A model generated the notes under the pieces. It was not told the DNA's origin. It ran no database searches and saw only the letters and a list, made by a program, of their open reading frames with translations. A stretch of 64,000 nucleotides of DNA, taken from NCBI GenBank assembly GCA_049605255.1, contig JBMYUJ010000002.1, forward strand, positions 9,791-73,790. The letters run 5' to 3'. Positions within the stretch are counted from its first letter, which is position 1, and each line of letters begins with the position of its first letter. The position numbers were made by a program, and so were the translations under genes. Positions 18,443-27,640 of the stretch are shown piece by piece. The DNA comes from Magnetospiraceae bacterium. GTDB taxonomy: Bacteria > Pseudomonadota > Alphaproteobacteria > Rhodospirillales > JBMYUJ01.

Positions 18443-18707
18443 ATACCAACCTGCGTGGATAATGACTCATTGAGACGGGCTTTCCCGGGTTTTTGGCGAG
18501 GAGAGGCCGATGTGGCGATCTGGGAGATCGGAAATCGACCTCGACGCCGTCCAAAGGCCCAGGAAAGCCGCCGAACCGGTTGGCCACGCGCCCCGGCGGG
18601 AGCGTCGGCCGTCCTTGCCGATGGCCCTGCATCGCCTGCGTTCCTCCTCCTGCCCGACGGGACGCGCCGGACAATCTCTATAGGTCATTATCAACGCAGG
18701 TTGGTAT
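18443..18707. repeat. 265-bp element bounded by 24-nt inverted repeats (MITE-like or long-stem RNA structure) between nifA stop and nifB UAS
   Basis: ATACCAACCTGCGTGGATAATGAC (18443-18466) is the reverse complement of GTCATTATCAACGCAGGTTGGTAT (18684-18707) at 23/24 positions. Similarity continues with mismatches into the flanks. The right arm touches the nifA stop codon. Confidence 0.7.
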
Positions 18708-20275
18708 TAGATCTGCCGCATGTGGATGTTGAGGGTCTTGATCCGATAGTGGATCTGCCGCGGGGTCATGCCCAACAGGCGGGCCGCCTTGGCCTGCACC
18801 CAGCCCGCTTCTTCCAGGGCCGCGATCACCCGCTCCCGGTCATCCAGAGTGGGATCATCCAGGTCCACGGCGGGGCGCGGTGCGGCGGCTTCCGGCACTG
18901 CGGCGGTATCTTCTCGCAGGCCGGTCAGGCCAATCACATCCCGGTCGATGGTATCGCCTTCGCAAAGGATGGCGGCCCGTTCCAGATAGTTTTCCAGCTC
19001 CCGCACATTGCCCGGCCAGGTATGGCGCAGCAATATCCGAATGGCGCTGTCGGTGATCTGCAGGTCCCGGCCCTGCTTACGGGCGATTTTTTCAATCAGA
19101 AAGCGGGCGAGATCAGGAATATCCTCCACCCGATCCCGCAAGGGTGGCAGGTTGATGGGCATCACATTGAGGCGGTAATACAGGTCCTCCCGGAACTTGC
19201 CCTCCTCCACCCCAGCTTCCAGGTTCCGGTTGGTGGCGGCGATTACCCGCACATCCACCTTCAGGGTCACCATACCGCCGACCCGTTCGAACTCGCCTTC
19301 TTGCAAGACCCGCAACAGCTTGGCCTGGAAAGTGGGGGAAATTTCGCCGATCTCGTCCAGGAACAGCGTGCCTTCATCGGCCTGTTCGAAACGGCCCTTG
19401 CGCTGACCGGTAGCACCGGTGAAGGCCCCTTTTTCATGACCAAACAGTTCGGATTCCAGCAAATTATCCGGCAGCGCCGCGCAATTGAGTTTGACGAACG
19501 GGTTGGCATGGCGCGGCGAATTATAATGGATACTGTTGGCAATCAGCTCCTTGCCGGTGCCGGATTCGCCCCGGATCAACACGGTGGTATCCCATTTCGA
19601 CACCAAGCGCACCTGATCGAACACGGTCCGCATCACCTTGGTATGGCCGACCACCTTGTCAAACCCATGCTGCCCTTTGACGGTCCGGCGCAGGGTGTCG
19701 CGCTCATCCCGCAGTTCCTTCTGGCTGTAGGCCACCTGGCGGCACAGGCGAATGGTTTGCGCCACCAGATTAGCAATCATTTCCAGCAGCTTGGCCCGCT
19801 CGCCCAGCAGCAACCCATCTTGCGGCGGTTGCCCGGCGATCACACCGATCAGCTCATCGGGGCCGGAAAACAGCGGTACCGCCAAAAACGGCAGGTCCTG
19901 ATCATAAATGCCGCGCCGGTCCAGGAATTTGGGCTCCTCGGAAATACGAGGCACCACCACGGTTTCCCGGTGATCCATGATCAAGCCGATAATACCTTCG
20001 CCCCGGCGGTAGCTGACCCCATCGTCATCGGCCCAAAGTTCGCGGCCCGGGGTCGCCCGCACCAGCAGGTCGCCGGAATTTTCGTCCACCAGGCTGATCA
20101 TGCCATGGCGGAGTTCGCCGGACTCGTGCAGCATGGCCAAGACCTCGCCGATGGTCTTGCGCAGGTCAAACGACCGGCTCAGCACCTGGCTGGCCCGATA
20201 GAGGAGGTCCAATTCCCGTTCAACAAAGGCGGACCGTCTTTCCTCTCGCAACAAAGTATTCATCCCATCCCACAT
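18707..20275 (-). CDS. nifA: NifA, sigma54-dependent transcriptional activator
   Basis: GAF-like N-terminus, then AAA+ motifs VLIRGESGTGKELIA and ESELFGHEKGAFTGA, then C-terminal HTH AKAARLLGMTPRQIHYRIK. The start could instead be the MNTLL Met 12 nt downstream. Confidence 0.96.
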   Translation of the reverse strand: MWDGMNTLLREERRSAFVERELDLLYRASQVLSRSFDLRKTIGEVLAMLHESGELRHGMISLVDENSGDLLVRATPGRELWADDDGVSYRRGEGIIGLIMDHRETVVVPRISEEPKFLDRRGIYDQDLPFLAVPLFSGPDELIGVIAGQPPQDGLLLGERAKLLEMIANLVAQTIRLCRQVAYSQKELRDERDTLRRTVKGQHGFDKVVGHTKVMRTVFDQVRLVSKWDTTVLIRGESGTGKELIANSIHYNSPRHANPFVKLNCAALPDNLLESELFGHEKGAFTGATGQRKGRFEQADEGTLFLDEIGEISPTFQAKLLRVLQEGEFERVGGMVTLKVDVRVIAATNRNLEAGVEEGKFREDLYYRLNVMPINLPPLRDRVEDIPDLARFLIEKIARKQGRDLQITDSAIRILLRHTWPGNVRELENYLERAAILCEGDTIDRDVIGLTGLREDTAAVPEAAAPRPAVDLDDPTLDDRERVIAALEEAGWVQAKAARLLGMTPRQIHYRIKTLNIHMRQI

Positions 20276-20308
20276 TTCAAAAAATGGTTCGAGCGTTGAT
20301 TGGCGTCG

Positions 20309-21895
20309 TCAGGAAACCCGGTCGTCGGCAACCCGGGTCGAAAGGACAATGCGCACCACACAGCCCAACACGCCGGAATCCTCGATGGTGATTCCGCCGC
20401 CTTGGTCGGTGGCGAGTTGCTGGGCCAGGGTCAATCCCATGCCGCCATGGCCTTGACCGTTGCGCCAACCACAAAAGAACGGTTCAAACACCTTACGGCG
20501 CACTTCCGGGGGAATGCCGGGCCCGGTATCACGAACCTCTACCTCTACCGCGCTATCCGACTGCGACCGTGTCAGAACCTGAATTTCCCGCGTCGAGCCG
20601 CCCCCTTCGCTGACAGCCATCACCGCATTATCCAAAACATTCTTGATCAAAGACCGCAGCGCCGTCACATTCCCCGGAACCGACGCCAAAACCGTTGTCG
20701 GCTGCCAATCCACCGTGGTGCCGGTCGCCAAGAACTGTTCCGTCGATACAGAAAGCACGTCTCGTATAACTTCATTCACGTTCACCGGTTCCGTTGCGGC
20801 GGGGGCTGCCGCTGGCATGGCCGCTTCCAAACGTTCCAGGGTTTCCCGGCTGGACCGAACCACATCATTCAGCGCTTCCAACAAGGGGGTATGCTGGTCG
20901 CCTTGGCGTTCCAGCATGGTGACCGCCGCATTCACAAGGTTGAGCGGCCCTTGCAACTGATAAATGGAAGCGCCGATGATTTCCCGGATGCTGGCCACTC
21001 TCTGCTGTTCCGCCATCAAGGCCCGCACCATGCTGGTGCGAGACTCCTCGAACCGGCGACGTTGCGGCGTGATGTCGTTGCAGACCAAGAGCATGCGGTT
21101 CAACGCACTGCCGCGAAAGAAATGGTCGGCATCCAACTCCTCTTCATGGACCCAGGTACCAGAACAGGCAAACCACCGCTCCTCGCGGGCCTTCAAGCTG
21201 ACGTCGATATTGTGGAAATCCCGGCGGATTGCGGCAATTTCCGCGAAGGAAAGCCCCAATGCCTCCTCCACTGCCGCCAAGACTTCTACGGCCGGTTCCA
21301 AATCCAGGTCAGTCATCAGCACCTTGTAGGCATGGTTATCCAATTCCACCCGGCCCTCTTCATCCACCATGGCAATCGCCACGGGGGCGACGTCGATCAC
21401 TGATTCCAGCAGCGCTTTCTTGTTCTTCAGTTCGGTTTCCAGCTGGTGCAGCTGGGTCACATCCCGGTGCAGGCCCATGTAATGGGTAACCTCCCCATCG
21501 GGCCCCCGCACGGGGATCACCGTCAGCTCCGCCACATAGCGCTCGCCGCTTTTCTTGCGGTTGATCAGGGTGCCGGTCCAGGCCCGCCCCGCGGTGATGG
21601 TGCCCCACATCTCTTCATAGACCTTGGCCGGCGTCGCCTTGAAGGAGAGGACGGATTCGTTCTTTCCCACCAATTCTTCCGGCAGGTACCCGGTGACCTG
21701 TTGAAAGGCCTCGTTGGCATAAAGAATTCGGGCTTTGCGGTCGGTGATGGAGATCGCCACCGAACTCTGCGCGACGGCCTCGATAAAAACCTGCACAGGG
21801 AGGCCCGCCACATTGTTGGCATGTAGATCCCGCAGGATGGTGATAATCTCCTCGGGTGTTCCCGTCGGTGGATTGGCGATAAAATCCTGGAACAT
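20309..21895 (-). CDS. nifL: NifL, redox/N-status anti-activator of NifA
   Basis: PAS region VAISITDRKARILYANEAFQQVTGYLPEELVGKNESVLS..YLGLHRDVT and C-terminal VFEPFF..GMGL parallel A. vinelandii NifL. Start 21895 (MFQDF) has a GGAGGA RBS, and an upstream in-frame ATG at 21937 is also possible. Confidence 0.9.
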   Translation of the reverse strand: MFQDFIANPPTGTPEEIITILRDLHANNVAGLPVQVFIEAVAQSSVAISITDRKARILYANEAFQQVTGYLPEELVGKNESVLSFKATPAKVYEEMWGTITAGRAWTGTLINRKKSGERYVAELTVIPVRGPDGEVTHYMGLHRDVTQLHQLETELKNKKALLESVIDVAPVAIAMVDEEGRVELDNHAYKVLMTDLDLEPAVEVLAAVEEALGLSFAEIAAIRRDFHNIDVSLKAREERWFACSGTWVHEEELDADHFFRGSALNRMLLVCNDITPQRRRFEESRTSMVRALMAEQQRVASIREIIGASIYQLQGPLNLVNAAVTMLERQGDQHTPLLEALNDVVRSSRETLERLEAAMPAAAPAATEPVNVNEVIRDVLSVSTEQFLATGTTVDWQPTTVLASVPGNVTALRSLIKNVLDNAVMAVSEGGGSTREIQVLTRSQSDSAVEVEVRDTGPGIPPEVRRKVFEPFFCGWRNGQGHGGMGLTLAQQLATDQGGGITIEDSGVLGCVVRIVLSTRVADDRVS

Positions 21896-21965
21896 GGTCC
21901 TCCACTTCGCTAATTGCGGCCCTGTGCGGCGTTGCAATGTGCGTGCTGCACTTGCGAAATGTTAA

Positions 21966-21980
21966 GCAAGAAACGTGCCT
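21966..21980 (-). promoter_or_regulatory. Candidate sigma54 promoter of nifLA
   Basis: The reverse complement reads AGGCACGTTTCTTGC. GG-N10-GC spacing is correct, with one mismatch to TGGCAC-N5-TTGC. Confidence 0.6.
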
Positions 21981-22023
21981 TTAAAACCTATGAGCCGCTA
22001 TCGAAGGGGGCTCGTCTGTTTTT

Positions 22024-22039
22024 TGTCAGAAACGCGACA
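22024..22039. promoter_or_regulatory. TGT-N10-ACA UAS in the nifL/rnfA divergent region
   Basis: TGTCAGAAACGCGACA is an exact NifA-type motif. Confidence 0.65.
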
Positions 22040-22063
22040 TGGCGAAACCTGACTGATCGTGGA

Positions 22064-22079
22064 TGTCCGATACTGCACA
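22064..22079. promoter_or_regulatory. Second TGT-N10-ACA UAS in the nifL/rnfA divergent region
   Basis: TGTCCGATACTGCACA is an exact NifA-type motif, 40 bp from the first, which is roughly four helical turns. Confidence 0.6.
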
Positions 22080-22188
22080 TGCACAGATTTGCTCAGACTA
22101 GAGGATTTCTGTCTTAATTTTAAGCAAAACCTTTGAGCGCCCGGCCTTTTGCTGAAAAATTGAACAAAAATTACCAGATTCGGCTTAT

Positions 22189-22203
22189 TGGTATGGTTGA
22201 TGC
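22189..22203 (+). promoter_or_regulatory. Candidate sigma54 promoter of the rnf operon
   Basis: TGGTATGGTTGATGC has GG and GC at canonical spacing. It lies about 50 nt upstream of the rnfA ATG and 110-165 bp downstream of the two UAS. Confidence 0.6.
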
Positions 22204-22253
22204 ATTGGGGAGTCCACGGCTCTTAACCTTCAGGTGGGGAAGTGGATTCGGCA

Positions 22254-22835
22254 ATGACCGCCTATTTGCTGCTGATACTCGGGACAGTCCTGGTCAACAA
22301 CGTGGTTTTGGTCAAGTTTCTCGGCCTTTGCCCGTTCATGGGCGTGTCCAACAAGGTGGATACGGCGCTCGGCATGGGCTTTGCCACCACGTTCGTGCTG
22401 ACACTGTCCGCGGCGGCCAGTTGGGCGATTGAATTCTTTATCCTGGCGCCGCTGGGTATCGAGTTCCTCAGAATCCTCACCTTTATTTTAGTGATCGCCG
22501 CCGTGGTACAGTTTACCGAAATGTCGGTCCGGAAGATGTCGCCAGCACTATATCAGGTATTGGGCATCTTCCTGCCGCTGATCACCACCAACTGCGCCGT
22601 GCTCGGCGTTGCCCTGTTGAACTTGCAAGAGGAGCACAGCTTTGTGCAAAGCCTGCTCTACGGTTTCGGGTCAGCGGTCGGCTTCACCCTTGTCATGGTG
22701 ATATTCGCTGGCCTGCGCGAGCGCTTGGCGCTGGCCCAGGTCCCTGGCGCCTTCGCCGGCGCCCCCATTGGTTTTGTTGTTGCTGGTTTGTTGTCCCTCG
22801 CCTTCATGGGGTTTGCGGGACTCCCGGTAAACTAG
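22254..22835 (+). CDS. rnfA: Rnf electron-transport complex subunit A
   Basis: [32 protein letters not shown] is near-identical in pattern to RnfA/RsxA N-termini. Confidence 0.95.
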   Translation: MTAYLLLILGTVLVNNVVLVKFLGLCPFMGVSNKVDTALGMGFATTFVLTLSAAASWAIEFFILAPLGIEFLRILTFILVIAAVVQFTEMSVRKMSPALYQVLGIFLPLITTNCAVLGVALLNLQEEHSFVQSLLYGFGSAVGFTLVMVIFAGLRERLALAQVPGAFAGAPIGFVVAGLLSLAFMGFAGLPVN

Positions 22836-22848
22836 GAGGAATTCGACC

Positions 22849-23379
22849 GTGTTGCCTGCCATCGGAAGCTTGACCGTTTTAGGACTTTGCTTGGGCGCCC
22901 TGTTGGGGGTCGCGGCCCGCTATCTGCGGGTGGAAGGCAATCCCCTCGCTATGGAAATCGAGGGCATGCTCCCCGGTACCAATTGCGGGCAATGCGGCTA
23001 CCCCGGCTGCACCACGGCGGCGGAGGTTTTGGCCCAGGGCGAAGCGCCGGTGACCCTCTGCCCGCCGGGCGGCCGCGGCCTCGCCTCGGAACTGGCGGGC
23101 AAACTCGGCGTTACCGCCAATCTTTCCGACATGGAAGACAAAGCCCCCGCCGTCGCCTTCATCAACGAAGCGCTCTGCGTGGGCTGCACCAAATGTTTCA
23201 AGCGCTGCCCCACCGATGCCATCGTCGGCAGCTCCCGGCAGATGCATTCCGTGATCAGCGATGCCTGTACCGGCTGCGAACAATGCGTCGACATCTGCCC
23301 CACCGAATGCGTCACCATGCGGCCGATCCCGGCGACCTTGCAAAATTGGTATTGGCCGAAACCGGCGATCGCGGCCTGA
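22849..23379 (+). CDS. rnfB: Rnf complex subunit B (Fe-S)
   Basis: An N-terminal TM helix is followed by LPGTNCGQCGYPGCTTAAE and two CxxCxxCxxxCP clusters. The start codon is GTG. Confidence 0.93.
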   Translation: MLPAIGSLTVLGLCLGALLGVAARYLRVEGNPLAMEIEGMLPGTNCGQCGYPGCTTAAEVLAQGEAPVTLCPPGGRGLASELAGKLGVTANLSDMEDKAPAVAFINEALCVGCTKCFKRCPTDAIVGSSRQMHSVISDACTGCEQCVDICPTECVTMRPIPATLQNWYWPKPAIAA

Positions 23380-23389
23380 GGATTCCGTA

Positions 23390-24889
23390 ATGAAACTCTT
23401 TCGATTCAAAGGCGGCATCCATCCGAACGATAAAAAGGATCTGACCGCCGACTGCGCTATCGAGGCCCTGCCACTGCCAAAACTGTTGCGTATTCCCTTG
23501 CAGCAGCATATCGGTGCCCCGGCCGAACCCATCGTGGCGAAGGGCGATTGGGTCAAGAAGGGTGATTTGCTGGCCGTTGGCCAAGGCATGGTCAGCGCCA
23601 CCATTCATGCCCCCACCTCGGGGCGGATCGTGGGCCTCGGGCGCTATCAGGCGCCCCACGCGTCGGGCCTGCCGGGCCGCACCCTGACCCTGAAGCCCGA
23701 TGGCAAGGATGAATGGGGGGAAACCCTTCCCCCCATGGATCCCTACGCAGTGGACCCATCGGAGATCGCCAAACGGGTTGCCGCCTGCGGTGTGGTCGGC
23801 ATGGGCGGCGCCACCTTCCCCTCGGCGGTCAAACTGAACCTGCGGGCGCGCTACGAGTTGCACACCCTGCTAATCAATGGGGCAGAATGCGAGCCCTATC
23901 TCACCTGCGATGATCGGCTGATGCGCGAACATACCGCAGAGGTGCTAGATGGCATCCTGATCATGGCGCAGGCCCTGGGCACGCCCCGGGTGATCATTGC
24001 CGTCGAAGCCAATAAGCCAAGAGCCATCGCTGCTCTGCGGGATGCGGTCGGCAAACGGGCTGATGCCAGCGACGCAGAGGTCACGGTCGCCAAGGTGCCC
24101 ACCCAATATCCCATGGGATCGGAAAAGCATCTGGTGCGCACCGTGACCGGGCTGGAAACCCCCGCCCGCGCCCTGACCGCCGATCTGGGTATCGTGGTCC
24201 ATAACACGGCCACGGCCTATGCGGTTCATCAGGCGGTGCGTCTCGGTCGCCCGCTGATCGATCGCATCGTCACCGTAAGCGGCGAGGCGGTGGTTCGGCG
24301 CGGGAATTTCCGTGTGCTCATCGGTACTACGGTGGCCGATCTGGTCGCCCATTGCGGTGGGTTCGATGGCGAACCGGCCAAGCTCTTGTTGGGAGGCCCC
24401 ATGATGGGCCAACCCCTGCCCGATACCAAAGCGCCCATCGTTAAAGGCTCCAACGGGGTGTTGGCCCTTTCGGAAAAAGAAGCGGCGCCCCGGCAGGCCG
24501 GTGCCTGCATCCGTTGCGCCAGCTGCGTGTCGGCCTGCCCCTGCGGACTGCTACCCCTGGAGATGGCCTCGCGCATCCGCGCCGAGGAATTGGATAGCGC
24601 CGTGGATATCGGCTTGATGGACTGTGTTTCCTGCGGATCATGCGCCTATATCTGCCCGTCCAACATCCCCTTGGTGCAGTATTTTAATTATGCCAAGGGC
24701 CGGTTGACGGAAACCCAGCGCGCCAAACACAAGCAGGAGGAAACCAAACGCCTCGCCACCGCGCGGACCGAGCGCATGGAGAAAATCGCCGCCGAAAAAC
24801 GCGCCGCCATGGAAAAACGCAAGGCGGAACAGCGGGCCAAGAAAGCGGCGGCCGAGGCGGCGGCGCAGAAAGAAAGCGTTTCCGCATGA
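23390..24889 (+). CDS. rnfC: Rnf complex subunit C (NADH-binding, Fe-S)
   Basis: MKLFRFKGGIHPNDKKD..GMGGATFPS..CIRCASCVSACP..CVSCGSCAYICP matches RnfC. The tail is Lys/Ala-rich. Confidence 0.95.
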   Translation: MKLFRFKGGIHPNDKKDLTADCAIEALPLPKLLRIPLQQHIGAPAEPIVAKGDWVKKGDLLAVGQGMVSATIHAPTSGRIVGLGRYQAPHASGLPGRTLTLKPDGKDEWGETLPPMDPYAVDPSEIAKRVAACGVVGMGGATFPSAVKLNLRARYELHTLLINGAECEPYLTCDDRLMREHTAEVLDGILIMAQALGTPRVIIAVEANKPRAIAALRDAVGKRADASDAEVTVAKVPTQYPMGSEKHLVRTVTGLETPARALTADLGIVVHNTATAYAVHQAVRLGRPLIDRIVTVSGEAVVRRGNFRVLIGTTVADLVAHCGGFDGEPAKLLLGGPMMGQPLPDTKAPIVKGSNGVLALSEKEAAPRQAGACIRCASCVSACPCGLLPLEMASRIRAEELDSAVDIGLMDCVSCGSCAYICPSNIPLVQYFNYAKGRLTETQRAKHKQEETKRLATARTERMEKIAAEKRAAMEKRKAEQRAKKAAAEAAAQKESVSA

Positions 24890-25995
24890 CCCAGCCCTCG
24901 ATCATCGCCGCGCCTTTCGCCCATCAAGGCAATACGGTCAGCCGGGCCATGGTCTTGGTGATGGTGGCCCTGGTGCCCGTCACCCTGTTCGGGCTCTATC
25001 AATTCGGCTGGCCCGCCATCAACCTGCTCCTGGTCACGGTGGCGTCGGCCATGCTGTTCGAGGCGCTGTGCCTAAAATTGATGGGGAAACCCGTTTCCGA
25101 CGGCCTGGCCGATGGGTCGGCGGCCCTGTCTGGTTGGCTGCTGGCATTGACCCTGCCGCCTTGGGCGCCTTGGTGGATCGGTACCGTGGGGGCGTTTCTG
25201 GCCATTGTGGTGGCCAAGCAGATATTTGGGGGATTGGGACAAAACCTGTTCAACCCGGCCATGGTGGCCCGCGTGGCGCTGCTGATTTCCTTCCCCGTGG
25301 AAATGACCCGCTGGGTGGCGCCATTGCCCCTGGGCAGCAATGGAGCGCCGGATTTCCTGGCGGGGCTAGGCATCACTTTCGGGCTAAATCACGGTTTCGA
25401 TGCGGTTTCCAGCGCCTCTCTCCTGGGGGCCTTCAAGACCCAATTGAGCACGGGCGCCAGCGCCAGCGAGGCGCTGAGCACCACCTTCGGCCTGCTCGAT
25501 CTTGGCCTCGGCACGGTGGCAGGCAGCCTGGGGGAAACCGCCGCGGGTCTGATCCTGGCGGGCGGCTTGCTGCTGTTGGCGACCCGCATCATCACCTGGC
25601 ATATCCCGGTGGCCATGCTGGCGACCGTCGCGATCTTCTCCGGCGGCCTATACCTGCTGGACAGCGACCATTTCCTGAGCCCCGCCTATCATCTGCTGTC
25701 CGGCGCGACCCTTTTGGGGGCGTTCTTCATCGCTACCGATTATGTGACCTCGCCGGTCACCACCCGGGGGCAACTTCTGTTTGGCGCCGGTATTGGGCTT
25801 TTGGTGGTGGTGATCCGCACCTGGACCGGCTACCCGGAAGGCATGGCCTTCGCGGTGATGCTGATGAATGCCTGCGTGCCGCTGATCGACCGCTATACCC
25901 GGCCCCGCGTCTTTGGCCGCACCCGCACCGGTGATCCGATGGAATACAGCGCGCAACGCCTCGCCCGCGCCAGCGGGCGGAAGGAGGCGGAATGA
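24886..25995 (+). CDS. rnfD: Rnf complex subunit D
   Basis: Polytopic membrane protein with FIATDYVTSP and NPAMVAR motifs. The start shares an ATGA overlap with rnfC. Confidence 0.93.
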   Translation: MTQPSIIAAPFAHQGNTVSRAMVLVMVALVPVTLFGLYQFGWPAINLLLVTVASAMLFEALCLKLMGKPVSDGLADGSAALSGWLLALTLPPWAPWWIGTVGAFLAIVVAKQIFGGLGQNLFNPAMVARVALLISFPVEMTRWVAPLPLGSNGAPDFLAGLGITFGLNHGFDAVSSASLLGAFKTQLSTGASASEALSTTFGLLDLGLGTVAGSLGETAAGLILAGGLLLLATRIITWHIPVAMLATVAIFSGGLYLLDSDHFLSPAYHLLSGATLLGAFFIATDYVTSPVTTRGQLLFGAGIGLLVVVIRTWTGYPEGMAFAVMLMNACVPLIDRYTRPRVFGRTRTGDPMEYSAQRLARASGRKEAE

Positions 25996-26669
25996 CCGAG
26001 ACAGATAAAGACAAAGAGACGGAGACCCCAGCCCCCTCCCGCTTCGAACGGATCAAGGGAAATATGGTCTATCACGCGCTCATGCTCGGCGCCTTCGCCA
26101 TGGGCGCGGCGGCGATCCTGGGGGGCGGCGATCAGGCCACGGTCGAGGCCATTGCCGCCCGCTTCGCGGAAGATCTTACCGCCTCCCTCGCCCAGGTAGT
26201 GCCGGACGATATGTATGACAACGACCTGCTGGCCGATACCCTGACGATCACCGGCGACAAAGGGCCGGTGGTGGTGCATCGCGGCCGCAAGGAGGGCCGG
26301 ATTACCGCCTTCGCCTATCCCTCCATGGCCTTCGGCTATGGCGGCAAAATTCAGGTGATCATGGGGGTGGATGCCAGCGGAAAAATCCTCGGTGTGCGGG
26401 TGGTGCAGCATGCGGAAACCCCAGGGTTGGGGGATAAGATAGATATCGCCCGGGATACCTGGATCTTGAGCTTCGACGGTCGCTCCTTCGACACCCTCCC
26501 GGCGGATAAATGGGCGGTCAAGAAAGACGGCGGTGTGTTCGATCAATTCAGCGGCGCCACCATCACCCCCCGCGCCGTGGTCCGCGCGGTCAAGGAAGGC
26601 TTGGAATTCTTCCACGCCCATGAAGATGAGCTGCTCGGCGCATCCGGCGACCAGGAGATGGGATCATGA
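25992..26669 (+). CDS. rnfG: Rnf complex subunit G (FMN-binding)
   Basis: ETPGLGDKI and DQFSGATITPRAV, the latter containing the SGAT flavinylation motif. Confidence 0.92.
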   Translation: MTETDKDKETETPAPSRFERIKGNMVYHALMLGAFAMGAAAILGGGDQATVEAIAARFAEDLTASLAQVVPDDMYDNDLLADTLTITGDKGPVVVHRGRKEGRITAFAYPSMAFGYGGKIQVIMGVDASGKILGVRVVQHAETPGLGDKIDIARDTWILSFDGRSFDTLPADKWAVKKDGGVFDQFSGATITPRAVVRAVKEGLEFFHAHEDELLGASGDQEMGS

Positions 26670-27358
26670 GTGGAACCCCTTACAGCCATATCGTTCGCGA
26701 AGGCCTGTGGTCTAATAATGTGGTATTTTCCCAGATGTTGGCGCTTTGCCCGCTACTGGCGGTCACCAGCACCGCCACCAACGGTCTGGGCATGGGCCTC
26801 GCCACAACGGCGGTCATGGTGGCTTCCGGGTTGGCCGTTTCCCTCTTGCGCGGGCTGATCAGCCCCGAGGTCCGCATCCCCGCCTTTGTGTTGATCATCG
26901 CAACGCTGGTGACCTTGGTGGATATGGCGTTGAACGCCTGGCTGCATGAGCTTTACAAGGTTTTGGGCCTGTTCATTCCCCTGATCGTGACCAACTGCGC
27001 CATCCTGGGCCGGGCCGAGGCCTTTGCCTCCCGGCAGGACCCGCTGCGCGCGGCGACGGATGGATTCATGATGGGCGCGGGTTTCACCCTGGCCCTGGTC
27101 GTTTTAGGCGCGGTGCGGGAAGTGATCGGGTCCGGCACCCTGTTTTCCGGGGCGAGCCTGCTTCTGGGCGCGCATTTTTCCTTCATGGAGACGGTTTTGA
27201 TCCCGGAATATAAGGGATTCCTGCTTTTCATCCTGCCGCCGGGCGCCTTTTTGGTGCTGGGCTTCTTGCTGGCGGCGAAACGGCTTTTGGATCAGCGGAT
27301 CGAACAGCTCAAGGCCCGGCGCGCCGCCGCGGCCAAGGGCGTTCCCGCAGAGGCTTAG
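26666..27358 (+). CDS. rnfE: Rnf complex subunit E
   Basis: LWSNNVVFSQMLALCPLLAVTS..LGLFIPLIVTNCAILGRAEAFAS matches RnfE. Confidence 0.94.
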   Translation: MSGTPYSHIVREGLWSNNVVFSQMLALCPLLAVTSTATNGLGMGLATTAVMVASGLAVSLLRGLISPEVRIPAFVLIIATLVTLVDMALNAWLHELYKVLGLFIPLIVTNCAILGRAEAFASRQDPLRAATDGFMMGAGFTLALVVLGAVREVIGSGTLFSGASLLLGAHFSFMETVLIPEYKGFLLFILPPGAFLVLGFLLAAKRLLDQRIEQLKARRAAAAKGVPAEA

Positions 27359-27370
27359 GGGACGAAGACC

Positions 27371-27640
27371 ATGAATGTGGGTGTGGCATACGCGAAGGCA
27401 GCACGGCAGGTCTGGTTGAAAATGGAGGTGCCCGAAGGCAGCACGGTGCGCCAAGCCATCGAGCTTTCCGGCATCCTGGAGACCTTCCCGGAAATCGACC
27501 TCGCCACCCAAAAGGTCGGCATCTTTGGCCGCGCCACCAAGTTGGATGCGGTTTTGGAAGATGGCCAACGGGTGGAAATCTACCGCCCCATCACCGCCGA
27601 CCCCGACATGGTGGAACGCTCGGATTCCGCAAATGACTAG
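27371..27640 (+). CDS. rnfH: RnfH
   Basis: The 89-aa ubiquitin-like protein MNVGVAYAKAARQVWLKMEVPEGSTVRQAIELSGIL..DGQRVEIYRPI matches RnfH. Confidence 0.88.
   Translation: MNVGVAYAKAARQVWLKMEVPEGSTVRQAIELSGILETFPEIDLATQKVGIFGRATKLDAVLEDGQRVEIYRPITADPDMVERSDSAND

Noticed and set aside
18443-18707. The nifA-nifB inverted repeat as a classical Rho-independent terminator for nifLA.
   Set aside because: The loop is about 217 nt and no U-tract follows the distal arm on the transcribed strand, so it does not fit the intrinsic-terminator model. It is retained as a MITE-like or structural element.
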